From contig JBITNC010000001.1 in NCBI GenBank assembly GCA_050084985.1, positions 82,088,001-82,152,000 on the forward strand: a stretch of 64,000 bases of DNA, written 5' to 3'. This document shows, piece by piece, positions 41,382 to 54,689 of this stretch. Numbering within the stretch: the stretch's first letter is position 1; the number at the start of each line of letters is the position of its first letter. Made by a program: the position numbers and the translations under genes. The notes under the pieces are model-generated. The model was not told the DNA's origin, did no database searches, and saw nothing but the letters and a program-made list of their open reading frames with translations. This DNA is from Nageia nagi (lineage: Eukaryota > Plantae > Pinophyta).

Positions 41382-41873
41382 TTACAAGTCTAAATCGATC
41401 CACATGCGATCGATGCATTCACGAATATGTTGCTCAATGACCATTGGTGGATGGATATAATCAGGATCAAAGTTATCTCTCTCTCTTTCTTCAACTGGTG
41501 CAGCTGAAGATATCCAGAATCCTGAATCTGACTCGGAGGCTAGAATATTGAGATTAAAACTTTGATCAACTGGTGCAACTGCTGGAGTATACTCGTCACT
41601 ATCGCTGATGATGATGATCTCAGGTGGCTGTGGTGTTGGTGTGTATTCCTCAATTGAATTTTCTGCAATCTCCTCAGGCTCGTATTCTTCACTAGGAAAT
41701 GGAGCACTATCAAAGTACTCATCTTCAAAATCACCGTCGTAGTGTACGTCAGGAGGAATAATTTGTTGGTATTGAATGACTGTATTTTTGAGATCTTGAA
41801 GAACAGTATCAATACCGTACACTCTTACTTCTTCATCGAAGTTTTCAGGATTTTCATTTTCAATTATATTCAT
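41382..41873 (-). CDS. Acidic 163-aa hypothetical protein upstream of Copia gag (extra ORF)
   Basis: Uninterrupted ATG-to-stop ORF in the sense orientation between the PBS and gag, D/E/P-rich; ends 120 nt before the gag ATG. Confidence 0.6.
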   Translation of the reverse strand: MNIIENENPENFDEEVRVYGIDTVLQDLKNTVIQYQQIIPPDVHYDGDFEDEYFDSAPFPSEEYEPEEIAENSIEEYTPTPQPPEIIIISDSDEYTPAVAPVDQSFNLNILASESDSGFWISSAAPVEERERDNFDPDYIHPPMVIEQHIRECIDRMWIDLDL

Positions 41874-42837
41874 AAGAATGGCATGACATCAAGTAGATCG
41901 TATCATTGCCAAAATATTTGAAAATTAAAAAATATTTTAATATAAAATTAAAATATTTAATAACCTTAAATATTTAAATATACCCAAATATAAAATTTGC
42001 AATTAAATATTTGGAGTACCAAAATATTTTATACACCTTATCACTCCAAAGACACTTAAAATATTTTGAAAATAAGGAAATGATTCAAAATATTAAAAAA
42101 ACACCTTTTAATAAAAATTAGATGCACCTCCTTTTAAAGCTCATGCTCTAAGAGTAGTTGGAGTGCAAAGCGGGTAGTGGAAATGGCACAATATTCCCAC
42201 GTCACTGGAAGAAGTAGAAAAGCGCACGTCCAACTACTTTGTTGCCAGCCTCCACACCACGTTCAGTTTGAGGTCACGTCAGCAGCAGTAATGAAGAAAA
42301 CAAACAAACAAAAGTTACAGTCCAAACGGGTCACGATTGATGCGAGATAGCTCACGAACGTTGTGAGCAGTACTTCCAAAACTCTGCGCCAGTGAACTCT
42401 ACAACCTTTTTTAGTATTAAAACAAATGCGCCACGTTTCCCATGAGCAGACTGAGAGCAGCAGCACTCATTTTCGTCAAATAGCAGCACAGGAATCAACA
42501 AACAAGATGGAAATGAGCAGTGAAGCCTGGGGAGGTTTCAGCAGGAAGAGCTCACATTTCCAGCCAGGAGACTGGTCTGGCACTCGTCCAGATAACCCAC
42601 GTTACGTCTGTAAGCAGTCAACCCACGTTCTGCTGCAGCCAAGACTGCAACGAACAGAGCTACGAGTAGAAAAACCAACAGCCAATGCAATAAACAGTAG
42701 GGACCACTCTTCACGATTTTTGCTGGAGAGGAGCCACGAATTGATAAAACTCAGCAACCAAGACTCCAAAACAAAATACTACTAGAAATCACAGCAAACT
42801 ACAGTGACGAATTTGCATGGAGTTTTCCAAATTCCTT

Positions 42838-42849
42838 GCTCTGATACCA
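42838..42849 (-). promoter_or_regulatory. Primer binding site complementary to tRNA-iMet
   Basis: Minus strand TGGTATCAGAGC one base inside the 5' LTR boundary. Confidence 0.95.
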
Positions 42850-42850
42850 A

Positions 42851-43101
42851 AGCAGGAATGGATCATAAAACTCCAAGATTAATATTAACTCAAGAATAAT
42901 TTGCAATATATAGACCACAAAAGTGGTTAACTAACAAACTCCTAAAATGGTGCAACTAAGTGTACACCTCATCCTAACTAATTTACCTGCCTAAGCACTA
43001 AGCTAAAATTTCTCTAACTAACTTCAAATGACACTTGTCATTGACACATGTCTAATTTCTAAATATTTACAATTACCATAATAAGATTATGGTTTTTAAC
43101 A
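42851..43101 (-). repeat. 5' LTR of full-length Copia (251 bp)
   Basis: Direct repeat of 36785-37031; the inner terminal CA reads CT. Confidence 0.95.
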
Positions 43102-43870
43102 ATAATAACGAGGTATGATGGATAGACACGTGAGGCTATATATTAAGGATGGAGTTCCATGAGGAGGTTAGCTATTGATTATACTTCTTCTATACAGAAC
43201 CCGATCTCGCATACAAGTCTTAGCAGTGTCGAGCATTATTCCTAGACAATGTCTAGAGGGGTGACAGGGTTGGGAGCCTGGCACTCTACGACTTAAGTGG
43301 GTCACCTAGTCCATCCAATGGTATTTCGAGGGTGAGCTTCTACCTTCAGTGGTCACCAAGGTTCGAGGAGGCTCCTTTGCAAGAAAAGATTCGAAGTCTA
43401 AGGGAGTGACTCTTTCCTATCGTGTTCGGCTTGCAGTTGGTTTGGAACCCTAGATCTAGATATTGAGATCCTCATTGTACTCCGTACCATTCCAAAATAA
43501 AATACAGCCTGTGTCTCTCTCCATTGTGTTGTGCATTGTTTATGTATGTGTGTGTCTCTCGTGTATACTAGTATTGGAAGCTTTTCTGGCTCCATATTGT
43601 TATGTGTCCCCATAGTTGGTAATTTTGTGTTGTGCATTGTTGCTGAAAGGCATTCATGGGGTTTGCAGTGTTGGGAAAGCCCTAGGGGTGACGTCAGCAT
43701 TGGGTGGATCTCATTTGTTGTTGTGTGTTATCCAGGAGCCCTAGCAAGCCCACGTTAGTGCATTGAGGTGTTTGTATTCCCTAAAGGGCAGTCGTTGGGT
43801 GGTGGTAATTGAGGGTTGTGGAAGCCCTAGCTTAGTTTGTTTTTGTTGAGGGTTATTTTGGAACATCACA

Positions 43871-45900
43871 AATGTGCATATTAGGAACCATCCCAATCAC
43901 CTTTACTTCCGACTTGTCGAGTTGAGTGACCCTCTTAGGACTAGGCATTAAGGGAAAGTTCAACTGTTGGCAAATCTTGTGGGGCATGACATTTCTAGCT
44001 GCACTAGAGTCTACCATGCAATTATGCAGGTTTCTACCCTCAATTCGTAGTGTTAAAAGGAATGGTGGTGACTCCTCTTTGTCCTTGTGCAAGAAAAAAG
44101 CTTTCACCTCGATAGGCTTGGATGCTTTAGTGACCATTGGCACCCATTTTTGTTTGCTATTGGAGGTGAACTTGTTCAACTCCCTTTTGATAGGCTCATA
44201 TTGTTTATCCATCTGGATAACATTGTACACTAAAGCTCCAGACTTCATCTTTTTTAGTTCTTCCACGAGGTCGTAAGATGAGGCATGAGAGCCTTCTTGC
44301 ATTATCTTCTCTCCATGGGACTGCTCTCATGATGATGGCTCTGCTCCTGCAGGTACCTTCGTTATTGTTGGAACAATGGAAGAGGAAGATGCCTCCCCTC
44401 GGCGAACATAGACATGCTTGACCTACGGTGCCAGGTGAACGAGAGTGGTGAAAGGGAGTTGGAGGACTCACTGGGGAAATAGAATCCGAAGGAGTGAATA
44501 AGTTGTTGGGAGGTGTGGATGTGGTCATCGGGAACTTCTCCTTTCTCCGAAAGTTATAAGCAGGTTGGACTAGTGTTGACTGTGCAGCATGTAATTCTTT
44601 GTTGATGGGCACTAAAAAAGGACTTTCCACCTCAGCGAAGAGTTGTTGTGTAGCGTATACTTCATCATTTGAAGTGAATGTCTAGGTATCGACCCCAACA
44701 TCAGCCATCTCAGTAAGCAAGACCTGATCAACTTGATGAGCAAGAGGACCATCTACACGGACAATCTCCATATTTTGTATCTCCTGCTAAAAGACATTCA
44801 AGGCTGTCTTGAACTCAAGACAATTTGTTTCATTGTGTGCCACCGTGAAATGTATTTTGCACCAACTCGGGATCGACAAAATGGGGATGTCAACATTGTG
44901 GACTTCATTATCATTACTAGCATGGTCGACAACCGAATTGGGTACTCCGCCATTATTTGCCACCGTGTTGCAGGGCCTGTTGGGCATTTGAAAAGAATAG
45001 GTTCTAGACATATTGTTCTGAACATAATGGCATTGAGTATCTTGGTTCCTCTTAATTTGTGTGACGTCGTTGCTCATCCTTTGCACCAATCTTTCCAAAT
45101 TCGCCATCGCTTCATCCTTATTGTGTTCACTCTTAGAAGAAACAACTTCGTGGTTCGCATAAGGCAGAAACGATGGCCGAGGATTAGAGCATGCATGAGA
45201 AGGCAAAGGCGATGTAGTAGAGATACTTGGAGGAATTTCCAAGGCATTTGAGGTACTGGCGACAACAATTTGTAATTGCGGGTAATAGGAAAACATGGGA
45301 TTTGCGTGAATGGGGTTTGGAGTCATGGGAAGACTTGGCAATGGAGAACCATTCATGTTTTGCAAACTGGCAGCATAATTGAGAGAATTTGGATATAAAC
45401 GTACAGTGCTGCCAGCTGGATTCACTCCAAGGGGATGAGGCAAGAACCGTTCTACTTTGACTGCCTCAGCATAAGCCTTTGCTAAAGTAGTAATGTTTGC
45501 CTCCTTTCGGGCAAAAACCGAGATGAAAGGGTTAAGGGACTCAAAGTATAACTGCAAAGCTATATCTTGATTAACATTACCTGGGGGCACCAGTCTGGAG
45601 TAAGCCTTCTAAAATCTAGTATTGAATGTGCAAACACGTTCTCCAGGTTGTTGCTTCGTAGAAGCAAAGTGATTGTATAACTCATGCGGGTTTGCAAGCA
45701 TCTTGAACTGATTGAAAAAGGTTGTTTGCAACTGATCCCATGAAGTTATAGAACCATGTGGTAAGCTGACGTTCCAATTGAGGGCTTGATCATCTAATTA
45801 GAGCAAGAAAAGCCTACAAGCCACATCTTCATGAGTTACGTTCAACCGGGCCATAGCCTCCTTATACAGGTTTGTGTTCTTCAATCGTCCTCATGCCATC
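43871..45900 (-). pseudogene. gag: gag and protease N-terminus of the giant element, degenerate
   Basis: Retrotransposon gag motif HEDVACRLF...ALNWNVSLPHGSITSWDQL (~45730-45840), WCKIHFTVAHNETNC knuckle-like segment, protease PPFLLTLRIEGRNLHNCMVDSSAARNVMP (43853-44302 ORF). Confidence 0.88.
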
Positions 45901-47434
45901 CGCCTTGAACTTGATAATATTCTAAGAAGCATTCTTCGACGTAGCATGTTGTGTACCTGGAACATTGATAGGTGTCCCTTCTCGCCATTGCATCTGCGGT
46001 GGGAGATGAGCCATAGGGATTTGGATAGCAGGTAAAGGACCGGAACCGAGAACAAGAGAACTCTCAGGGATACGCTGAAAAGTAGTATCAAAATGAGGTA
46101 CTGTATGGGGAAATGGTCCGTGAACTGTAGAATCAGACCTTTCCGACTGAGGTCACATGGAATATGGTCTTGATGGCTCAACAGTCAAAGATGCATGTTG
46201 TTAACCATATACAAGGGAAATAAACGTCGAAGATTTTTTCCTTAATGAGGAAATACTCCAAATGTGAACGAAAGTGAAGAAAGATCACAAATGCAAGGAC
46301 AAACACAGAGATAAATGCAAAGGAATGCAAGGAAAGGAAAAGGCCTATGAGAACATCATCAAGGATACAATGTCTCGGCAAGTCATCTTACGATTCATTA
46401 AGGTCGATACACTCACTATCACCCCAGGTAGCAAATAGCAAATATGCTCAAATCACTACTAGACAAGAGCAAGAAGCTATAGGGTCTTAATGGAAAACTC
46501 AATGGAAAGGATAAAGATGGAGTGAGGGCGTAAGTGTAGTAACCTAATCGAATGATATAAAGACGAGCTGTAGGCCTCAGAATATATCCACTTGAACCAT
46601 GCAAAGAAGTATCAAACTCTTTCACAAAATAATCAATATGCAATTCATAGAAAGAACCATTCAGATATGCATAATCCCACAAATGATGTTCCTCATAGTA
46701 TAACTTTATGATTTTATTCCTCTAAACAAACACATTCATAATGATTTTCAATAACAGAACATGAATAGAAACCCTTATGTAGCAATCTTCTATGCAATCA
46801 AATGTGAATCTTATGACATGCAAAGGCTCAAAATGATTGTACAAATAAACTCAATAGCCTCAATCTCAAAATGCAAGAACTCCAATATATGATGCTTTCA
46901 TTACGTGCAAAAGTCCAAGGCAAAAACAGTACAAAGATCATATGCATAAACTCTTCATGTCAACATTCCTCATGCAAAAATCTCGTATGTCAAAATCCCC
47001 TTCTAAATGGCCTGAGTGGGATATAAATAGGCCACTAGAAGTGATGCCCTAAAGGCATCAAATCTGATATGGTGTGCACACACATTGAACACACATACCG
47101 ATACAAAATCAGATACCTTCACACAAAACTATGTAAGTGGCATTTAAAGCTGACAAAATATAAATGCCACCGCCAAAATGTATCTACTCTACATCTAATC
47201 TATGCAATAGAAAATCAGATATGCAATAAATAGTCTGAAAAGGTCCGACATCTAAACCGACGGGAGAAAAACCTCATCGTTGCACCGGTCAAAGTCATAA
47301 TGAGGCTGACAAATTGATCTGGCAGGAGCAAAACCTCATCCCTACACCAGTCAAATCAAAATAAAGTCTAACATAACCAAATGCATGGAACACAGAAAAA
47401 AGATACCGTAGATGAAGTCTACGGGTGAATCAAA

Positions 47435-50200
47435 CTAGGCCAGATCTGATTCAGCATGGACGGAGTTCCACTGCTCGCTGGTGAGACCATAGAACAAAAT
47501 AGTCTCCCCTAAAAATGCCAAAGTCTTTCGCACACCCCTAGAGATCATGCCAACAATGCTACCATCCTACCAGAAGTATCCTTCAATGTTCTTCGACATA
47601 GCATGCATCTGGTGTCTCTAGATGATGATCTGCCTCTCATGAATAATGGGATGCCCTACCTTCAGCAAGTTGAGACCATCAACTTCAAGATGCTACTAGA
47701 TTAGGTTCTGGGCCTCTGCCAATACCCCTTCCTACTTCTTGACATTGTTATCTTCCTCTTGGAACTTGAGTTGATAAAGATATTCACTCATTTGTTCCTC
47801 AACCTCCTTTCACAAAGGGATTTTAAGTTTTAGCGCAGCGTTGCACTTATCAAGTGCATGGTTCAACCAATCATGGTGATAGGTGAACTCATGACAGTAG
47901 ACCAACATTCTGAGTTATCAACGAAAATATGCTACAAATGGGAAACGTTGGGAAGGTGACTATCCAACGTACTGAGGTGTGCTAAAATCTACGTTACGTG
48001 ATCCCTGATCTCAACACCCTCGGCAAGGAGTTTGTAAATCTACCAAGACAATCTTACGACGGCCTCCATCACTTCATTCTTAAGTTGCTCCTTCATCAAT
48101 TCCCATCCCTCATGGAAGGAAGTCTTCTTCTGTAAGTGTAATAATTTTCTAGAACTCTTTTATGAACTTCCTGCCAGCCATGAGTTCCTTCTTCAACTTC
48201 TTTACTTCCCTTTTGGCTTCGTAGGCTTCCTGCTCCGTGATTATAGCATTTTGAGTGACTATGTTTTCTGGTTGTTAATCCGAGTTTAACTGGCATATTG
48301 AATGTCTGAATGATGTAGTCCTCTGCTCTCCGAGGGTGCTTCTCCTTGGAGTAGCAATGGCTGACGGAGATTTCCTTTCAAGAGGTGGAAACGAAAGTGT
48401 CCACCCTCCGAATCTTCTCCCCATCTAAAAGTTCTTACTCATCATCAAAACGCAGGTCCTGGTCTATATCTTTATCATGAGTCATACTCATGATGAGGGT
48501 TCTAAGGCAGGCATCCAAGTCAAGATCTGGACGTTTGGTTGCTGCCTAAGGGGAAAACCTTTGAACCAACACTCTTACTTTGTCAATTTTCTTAACCTCT
48601 TTCGCTAGAGTAGTCTACATTACAGCCATTTCCTTGCCTTGATGTTCCTCCTGCCGTCTCTTCTTCTTCTATTCCTCAGTCTCCATTAGCGCCTATAGAT
48701 AAGCCTTTGTTCTGAAGCTGGGGAGATCTCTCATGACTTCTCTTGGTAGAGGACTTATGCGAAGAAGGGGACTTCTTCCTATGTTCGGTACGAGAGGATT
48801 TGGATGCAACCACCTATCTAACACATTTATTTCAAAATTATTTGGACGTCATCATCATAGGTACCAACGTCCACTATCTCATCATCCAAGATAGTTTCAT
48901 TCTCGATTTCGTCAGGTGCTGAAGCACTGACAACTATGTCCTCTTGCTCAAACATATTGGCAGCATTGCCATCATCATCATCATCTTCTTCTTCCTCGCT
49001 ATGGACCTTTGATTCTTCTGCAGAATCCTCCACCATACGGTCAGGATCTTCAGTCTCTTCATCGAAAGAAGAAGAGGAACGCTCGAAACTAGAGCTAGAA
49101 CTTGGTTGCAAAGTGGGAACTTTCTCCTAGGACCAGGAGAATGGGCAGATCTGAAAGGAATCACCTTAGTGGATGAAATACTGCCACTTGTACTACACTG
49201 CGTTTGCTAGGACTCGGGATGAGCTCCCTCAAGGCCTCTTGTCTTTTTCCTGCAGGAAGCAAAGGTGTCTTCTTTATTGAGGACGTGGTGTGAGCAGGAG
49301 ACTTGATCTTCAAGGGGGCCTCTTTAAGTCGGGGTTTGGTAGTCCGAGGTTTTTGAGGAGGTTTTTTCTCCCCAAAGGGGAGCCGCCTTATTGCTCAAGA
49401 GAGCCTTTATGCGTGTGATTTCTCCTTTGTCATGTACATTTCTATACCTCTGCTCATCTCCAAAGGCTTGTGTGGAAACACGATGGGCCTATGAAAAGCT
49501 GTATCATAAAAACGCACAATTATCCCCCTAGGATCATAATTCTTTGCAGCATCCCCTCTGAAGAAGTTGTACTGCTCTAACTCCTCTAGCATATACATTG
49601 CCTCCACCCATGTCTGGAAAAAATATCCAGATATAGTAATAGGCAAATTTATTGTGGCATTCTTCTTCTTCCAGACCCTCTCCTTCAAGAACAAGAGCTG
49701 CCTGGCATATTCCATGAGAATCAACTTGTCATTGGCGAATCTGGGCAAGAGCAAGGGTTGTTCTTCTGAACCAAAGACTCTGATATATGTAAAATCAGCG
49801 TCCTACAAAAAGAAGTCTACATGTACGCTGATGGCCTGAGTAGCTGCATCAGAAATCCTCTTCATTATGGTTTCTCCTTTGATATCCTTGTAGATATAAT
49901 ATTCCTAAAAATCGGTCCTCTCATAGACGTATCGGAACTTGTTCTTCCACAACCATTTCTGGTATGCCCTCCACACAGGGGTGTATTTTTGCCCCAAGTA
50001 TCTTTCATCAACTAGCTCCTTGGATTTGACTTTGCCATGTAGCAACAGGTACACCAAATAAGAGTTCATATATAATCTCTTCCAGGAGCCGAAACAAGAC
50101 AACTGATTTCTTCAAAAGCCTAGTCATCTAGCTTTTGGTTACATGCCTTTCAAACAACTGGCTTTGAATTTATTGGATTGCAATGAAGGAGCTTTGACGT
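47435..50200 (-). pseudogene. LTR-encoded ORF, copy B (internal deletions)
   Basis: Pieces 49407-49754 (LLPRFANDKLILMEYARQLL...) and 48827-49111 match copy A. Deletion at ~50105 removes ~650 bp present in A. Confidence 0.75.
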
Positions 50201-50494
50201 TTGACCAATCTAGGCGCATAGTTCTGGATGAATGCAAAACCACAGCTTGAAAAGTATGACAATAGGCCTAGGATCACTTAGTCAATTTTCGCACACAATT
50301 CTTCATTCGAGATCTCGTTGCATGGTCTTGAATATGTGCCTCAAGTATTGCTTTGAAGGTATGCAACTAGGCTCAGGGGTTGATATGAAATGCCTTAGCC
50401 AAAAAAGGCTAACTAAATGTGCAATGTCGCTAAATCTTCCTTTCCTTCGTAGTCGCAAGAGAAATGATTTTTGAAATACTAAAAAAGGGGGTGA

Positions 50495-50504
50495 TATTTA
50501 TAGG
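50495..50504 (-). promoter_or_regulatory. TATA box upstream of the LTR ORF
   Basis: Minus-strand CCTATAAATATCACC, conserved at 59598-59607 in the solo LTR. Confidence 0.55.
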
Positions 50505-51637
50505 TTTGTGTAGTTGTCAGGTGTCACTTCCTTATTGGTCCGTCTAAGGGTCAAATAGAAGGCCCACAACAAGGTTGCATGTTTCTTGGAGTCTGCAAAA
50601 GGACGGGGTGAAAATGATGCAATTGGGAAAGGGGGGTGACTTGCCCAAATTTCACATTGATTTTGAGGCCTTAGCCCCTAGTCGCACCCTTTTGGATGGG
50701 TCCCTAAAGCACATGCTCAAATCTTTGCAGCTGAGTCTTGGCATGCTTCCCAAGGCCTGGGACCTGAAAAACTTCGAAAAAAGTGTACGTAGTCATTGGT
50801 TGCATGCCCAGGAAGGGGTGCTTTTAATCCTATTCTCCCATGCTTTGCTCCTTGTCGAATTTGCAAACTGAAATGAAGGGGGCTGACTTCCCTTTTATAA
50901 CCCTCCAGGTGGGACACGTGTCACATGTCATCTAGATCCTTGCGATAGCCTTTGAGGCTCCAAAATTTGACTCCATGAAATGCACGCAATAGCCTTTGAG
51001 GCTCCAAAATTTGAATAAGTATAGAATCTCCTTGGTCGCATGGTTTTTGGTGAGTGCTAAAAGCACTCATCTCAAAGCATGCGACAATGAGAAAAAAATG
51101 CTAATTATGAGTAGCCACCATAGTCGCACCCTTTTGAAGGGGTGCAAAAAAGACTCCATGAAATGCATGCGACAACAAAATGCACTGAAAAAATGCTAAT
51201 TGTGGGATGATGTCCAGCCTAGTTGCACCTTTCCTAGATGGTGCAAAAGCACTCCCTCAAAACATGCGACAAGCTGAAATGGGTGTTTAGTTTGCTTTTT
51301 CAACAAAAAAAACGACATATGAGATGCAAATGGGGTTACTACAACATGGAGGCCCTCAAGATGCTTTCGAACATGATGCAAGCGACAAAAACAAGGAAGG
51401 CTGACTAGTCGCATGGCTTGAGAGGAGTGCAAAAGCACTCATTGAAAAACATGCGACATATTGAAAAATGCAAGATTTCGACTTCAACTATCATGAAAAT
51501 GCAGTTTAAACACATTCCTAAGACTAGACCAAAAGATGTGCATCTTCTTTGACAAATTTTCCTGCAATTCCTCTTTTGCTTTCTTGAGGGTCCTCAAAAT
51601 GTGAAATTTTGGGGGGGGGCGTTGTGTAGGCACTACA

Positions 51638-52990
51638 GATGATTGTCTATTTCTTGATTTTTGATGTCCTCATGTAATTTGATTTTATCTATGCATGAAC
51701 ATGATTGTGGCATGTCTTGCAAAATTGATGGAAATGTGTTTGTTAAGATTGACCATGAGGGTAACAATGAGAAATCGTTCATGTCTAAATCAATGGCATA
51801 ATGGGGCTTCGAATCTAGGTCATGATATAATGGCGATACATGGGTGATAAGGACCATGTTGACATTGAGAATTTGATTGATTGAGTTGTCATTAAATAAA
51901 TGAAGAGAACACTTCGATGTTGGAGAAATGGGTTTCTTGGTTTGTGAAGAAACAAATCATCACTAAATTTATCATTGTTGTCCTCATTTTCATATACAAG
52001 ATTCAGATTTTGAAATTGATGTACTAAATTTTATTGTATGGGTCCATGATATCTTAACCCTTTTTTATATTTAGCTGATTAAAAGGCAATATGAAAGGTA
52101 TACGCTGGACCTTGTTCATATTGTCCCAATTCGTATCCCTGCCATTTAAATCATTCAAAGTACCGACAAACAAAGCACGGTCTTGAAAGATATTCAATAT
52201 TTGCACAAATTTTTGTTTTTGGATTTATTTATAGAAGGATGAATGAGAGGATGTTTGGTACTACATAAATGAAGAGTGTTTGGGTTTGTGGAGAACCCAA
52301 AGGAATGACCATGCTAATGACTAAGGTTGACTTGGTTGGTCTCACTATATCACAAATCAAAGGAATATTAAAGATTACATCGTTCATTCCATACTCCCCC
52401 ATTAATGGATTTATCAACTCAATACTAACATGATAGATGGATGGTTGTTATTAATTGATATTTGTATCATGTGTTTCATTAAAGATTGAATCATGTTGGT
52501 TGTCTTTTGATGAAGGTATGGATTAGATTCATGTGAATGAAGAAAAAGATGATATGCCATTCATAGAGTCCAAATGATGTGTAATTCCTAAAACTTTTTA
52601 TTGAATGTATGGGAAAGACAAGATAGATAATTTGTTTTATTTATTTTGTGATGATAGAAATGGGGATGTGTTTCATATAGTGGATGAAGTTGATGCAGTC
52701 ATCATTGATTTTCCATTATGTCTTGTTTCTCCTTGCATTTGATATGATGATGGTGGGGGTATGGCTACTTTGTCTTCTTGTTGAATTGATTGATGTGTAA
52801 AGTTTGGTGTCATTCTTTTGGTTGTTAATGTTTTGTCTTTGTGTTTGGGGTGAAGGGCCATGTGAGTTTGTTTGATTTGGCCTTGGTGTGTGATTTACAT
52901 GGACAATTACAAGTAAAAAGTGCGTTGAATGTACTTGTATGTCTTGAAGGATGTATATCATGTTACAATGGTTAAAGGGCTCCTCGTCCA
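51638..52990 (-). pseudogene. Old Gypsy gag/protease-region relic, right part of the split target
   Basis: Joins 25705 across the GATGA TSD into pre-RT-like sequence (ENINIKLNNDPNNPMVVQI). Highly degenerate. Confidence 0.45.
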
Positions 52991-54689
52991 TGTTGTCTAC
53001 ACAACAACCCCTAATTTTTGCAAATTTGGGGACCCACTCTCAGCTATTGAAGGAGAAAATGGAGAAATTGCAACTTAAGTATGCATAGGAGAGAGCACAA
53101 AATCTGAAGTTTGACTATGACAAAGTGAAAATCAAGACTTTGACACTAAGATTTCACAAAGAAAATCACAAAATGGAACTCTTTGAGATCATCATTCTAG
53201 TCATTTTGGCATTTTTGATAAGCCAAGTTCAAGATGGTTGAAGTCATCACTTGTAACTTTGAGTATGTGATCAGGAAAAGGGGACTTAAAATTGGCTAAC
53301 TGTTGAGCCCCATCTTGCATTTCAAGGTTGGTCGCATGTCCAAGAAGGGATACATTTCTGACTTTTGGTTGTTATGAGACCACTACCATTTGCACCTATT
53401 TGAGCTCATTTCATGCTCCCATTCGACCATCAATTGCTCCAACCCAATCATCACATGTGATGTTAGGATGCTACAAATACCATCTTGCATTTTCAAGGAG
53501 ACCAAGAAATGGCGACCAAGTTGGAAGTTTAAAATTGGATAAATTTTGAAAATTTGGCTAAGTGTAGGAACATTAAGCCCCTCCCAAGTTGGTCACATGT
53601 TCCTTGAAATATTTTGACAAAATGCGACCACAACAAGCTAGCGTTTCACGTAAAGGGAATGACACGTGTTTAGCCACCTTTTCGTCCAACATTCCATTCA
53701 GACTTTTCATTAGACAAACTATTAAAACCTTGTCATTGACATCCATTGTCATGCTATGTCACACTAGCAGGTGGTCACACCAACCTAAAAAGATACAACA
53801 ATATTAGCATAAAAGATGTTGGTCACAAGTTGTGTCAAGGATACATTTGTGACTTTTATAGGAGGTGTGACCAAGTGGATAGTTATGCCTCACTTAACCT
53901 CCATCCGGACTGGTGCATGGTTGACATTTGACAAGTAAATGACTATAAACAAGTAGTTTCCCCTTGCAAACATGGTTGGCTAAGTGTTGACTCTCATTAT
54001 GCATCTCAAAAAGGTGGTTGCATGATTCTGAAATGATACATTTGTAAAATTCATATGGGGTGCGACCAAGGAGGAGCTATGGAAGATGGTCATTTGTTTT
54101 GAGAGCGATACAATTTCAGCCTTTGTTTTGAGTACAACCAAGGGCCTCATTCAAAATTCATTTTTGGCATTAAAACTTGGCTAAGTGCTGGCAAGAATTG
54201 GTTGGTCGTGTGGGGTTTGAAAGACAATTTCCTAACTCTGGTGGAGGATGCAACTAAGGTGATACAATGCGATTTTGCACATTATCAAAATTTGGCTAAG
54301 TGGGGGTGCCTAGAGCCGATTGCATCTCTTTCAAGAGATACATTTCTAGCTTACTAGATCAGTGCGACAACTATTTGGCTCCTTCCAGTTTGGTCACATC
54401 CCCCAAAGAAGATATATTTGTAAACTTTTACACAAGTGCAATCATACCATATTAGTATCGCATGAATCAAAAATGACACTTGTTTGCTAGCCACTAGCCC
54501 AATCAATGTTGCATTGACGCCTGTCCCTAGTCATACTATAAATACTTTTCCACTAGGATTCATTGTCATGATGTCTTGGTCTCTCCAAGCAGTCACATGA
54601 TTCTGGGATGATGCATTTATAAAAATTGTAAAAGGTGTGGCCAAGGTGGCACACTAAAGTTTTGCAAAATCTAAAGAATTTTGGCCTGG

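Larger units (their letters stand above)
36785..43101 (-). mobile_element. Near-intact full-length Ty1/Copia retrotransposon with an extra 5' ORF
   Basis: TSD ATAAT at 36780-36784 and 43102-43106. LTRs 36785-37031 and 42851-43101. PBS TGGTATCAGAGC, PPT AAGGGGGGGAA, gag-PR-INT-RT-RH order. Confidence 0.97.
36304..43870 (+). mobile_element. Solo LTR (~1.25 kb net) inserted in the protease and interrupted by a Copia
   Basis: Termini TGTGACG...CATCACA. TSD AATGT at 36299-36303 and 43871-43875. Host protease reads through when it is removed (VPNMHI|EVASEP). ~30-bp GACCCC(C)ACGT repeats at 36575-36740; TATA ~43136. Confidence 0.88.
25706..51637 (-). mobile_element. Giant Tat-type Ty3/Gypsy LTR retrotransposon with ORF-bearing LTRs and nested insertions
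   Basis: Termini TGTTGG (25706)...CACTACA (51637). TSD GATGA at 25701-25705 and 51638-51642. Two long direct repeats flank a minus-strand gag-PR-aRH-RT-RH-INT region. The PBS and PPT junctions are not preserved. Confidence 0.8.
46153..51637 (-). repeat. 5' giant LTR (inner ~100 bp and PBS lost by deletion)
   Basis: Collinear with 25804-32016. Begins TGTAGTGCCTACACAAC on the minus strand and joins gag-proximal sequence at ~46150. Confidence 0.85.
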
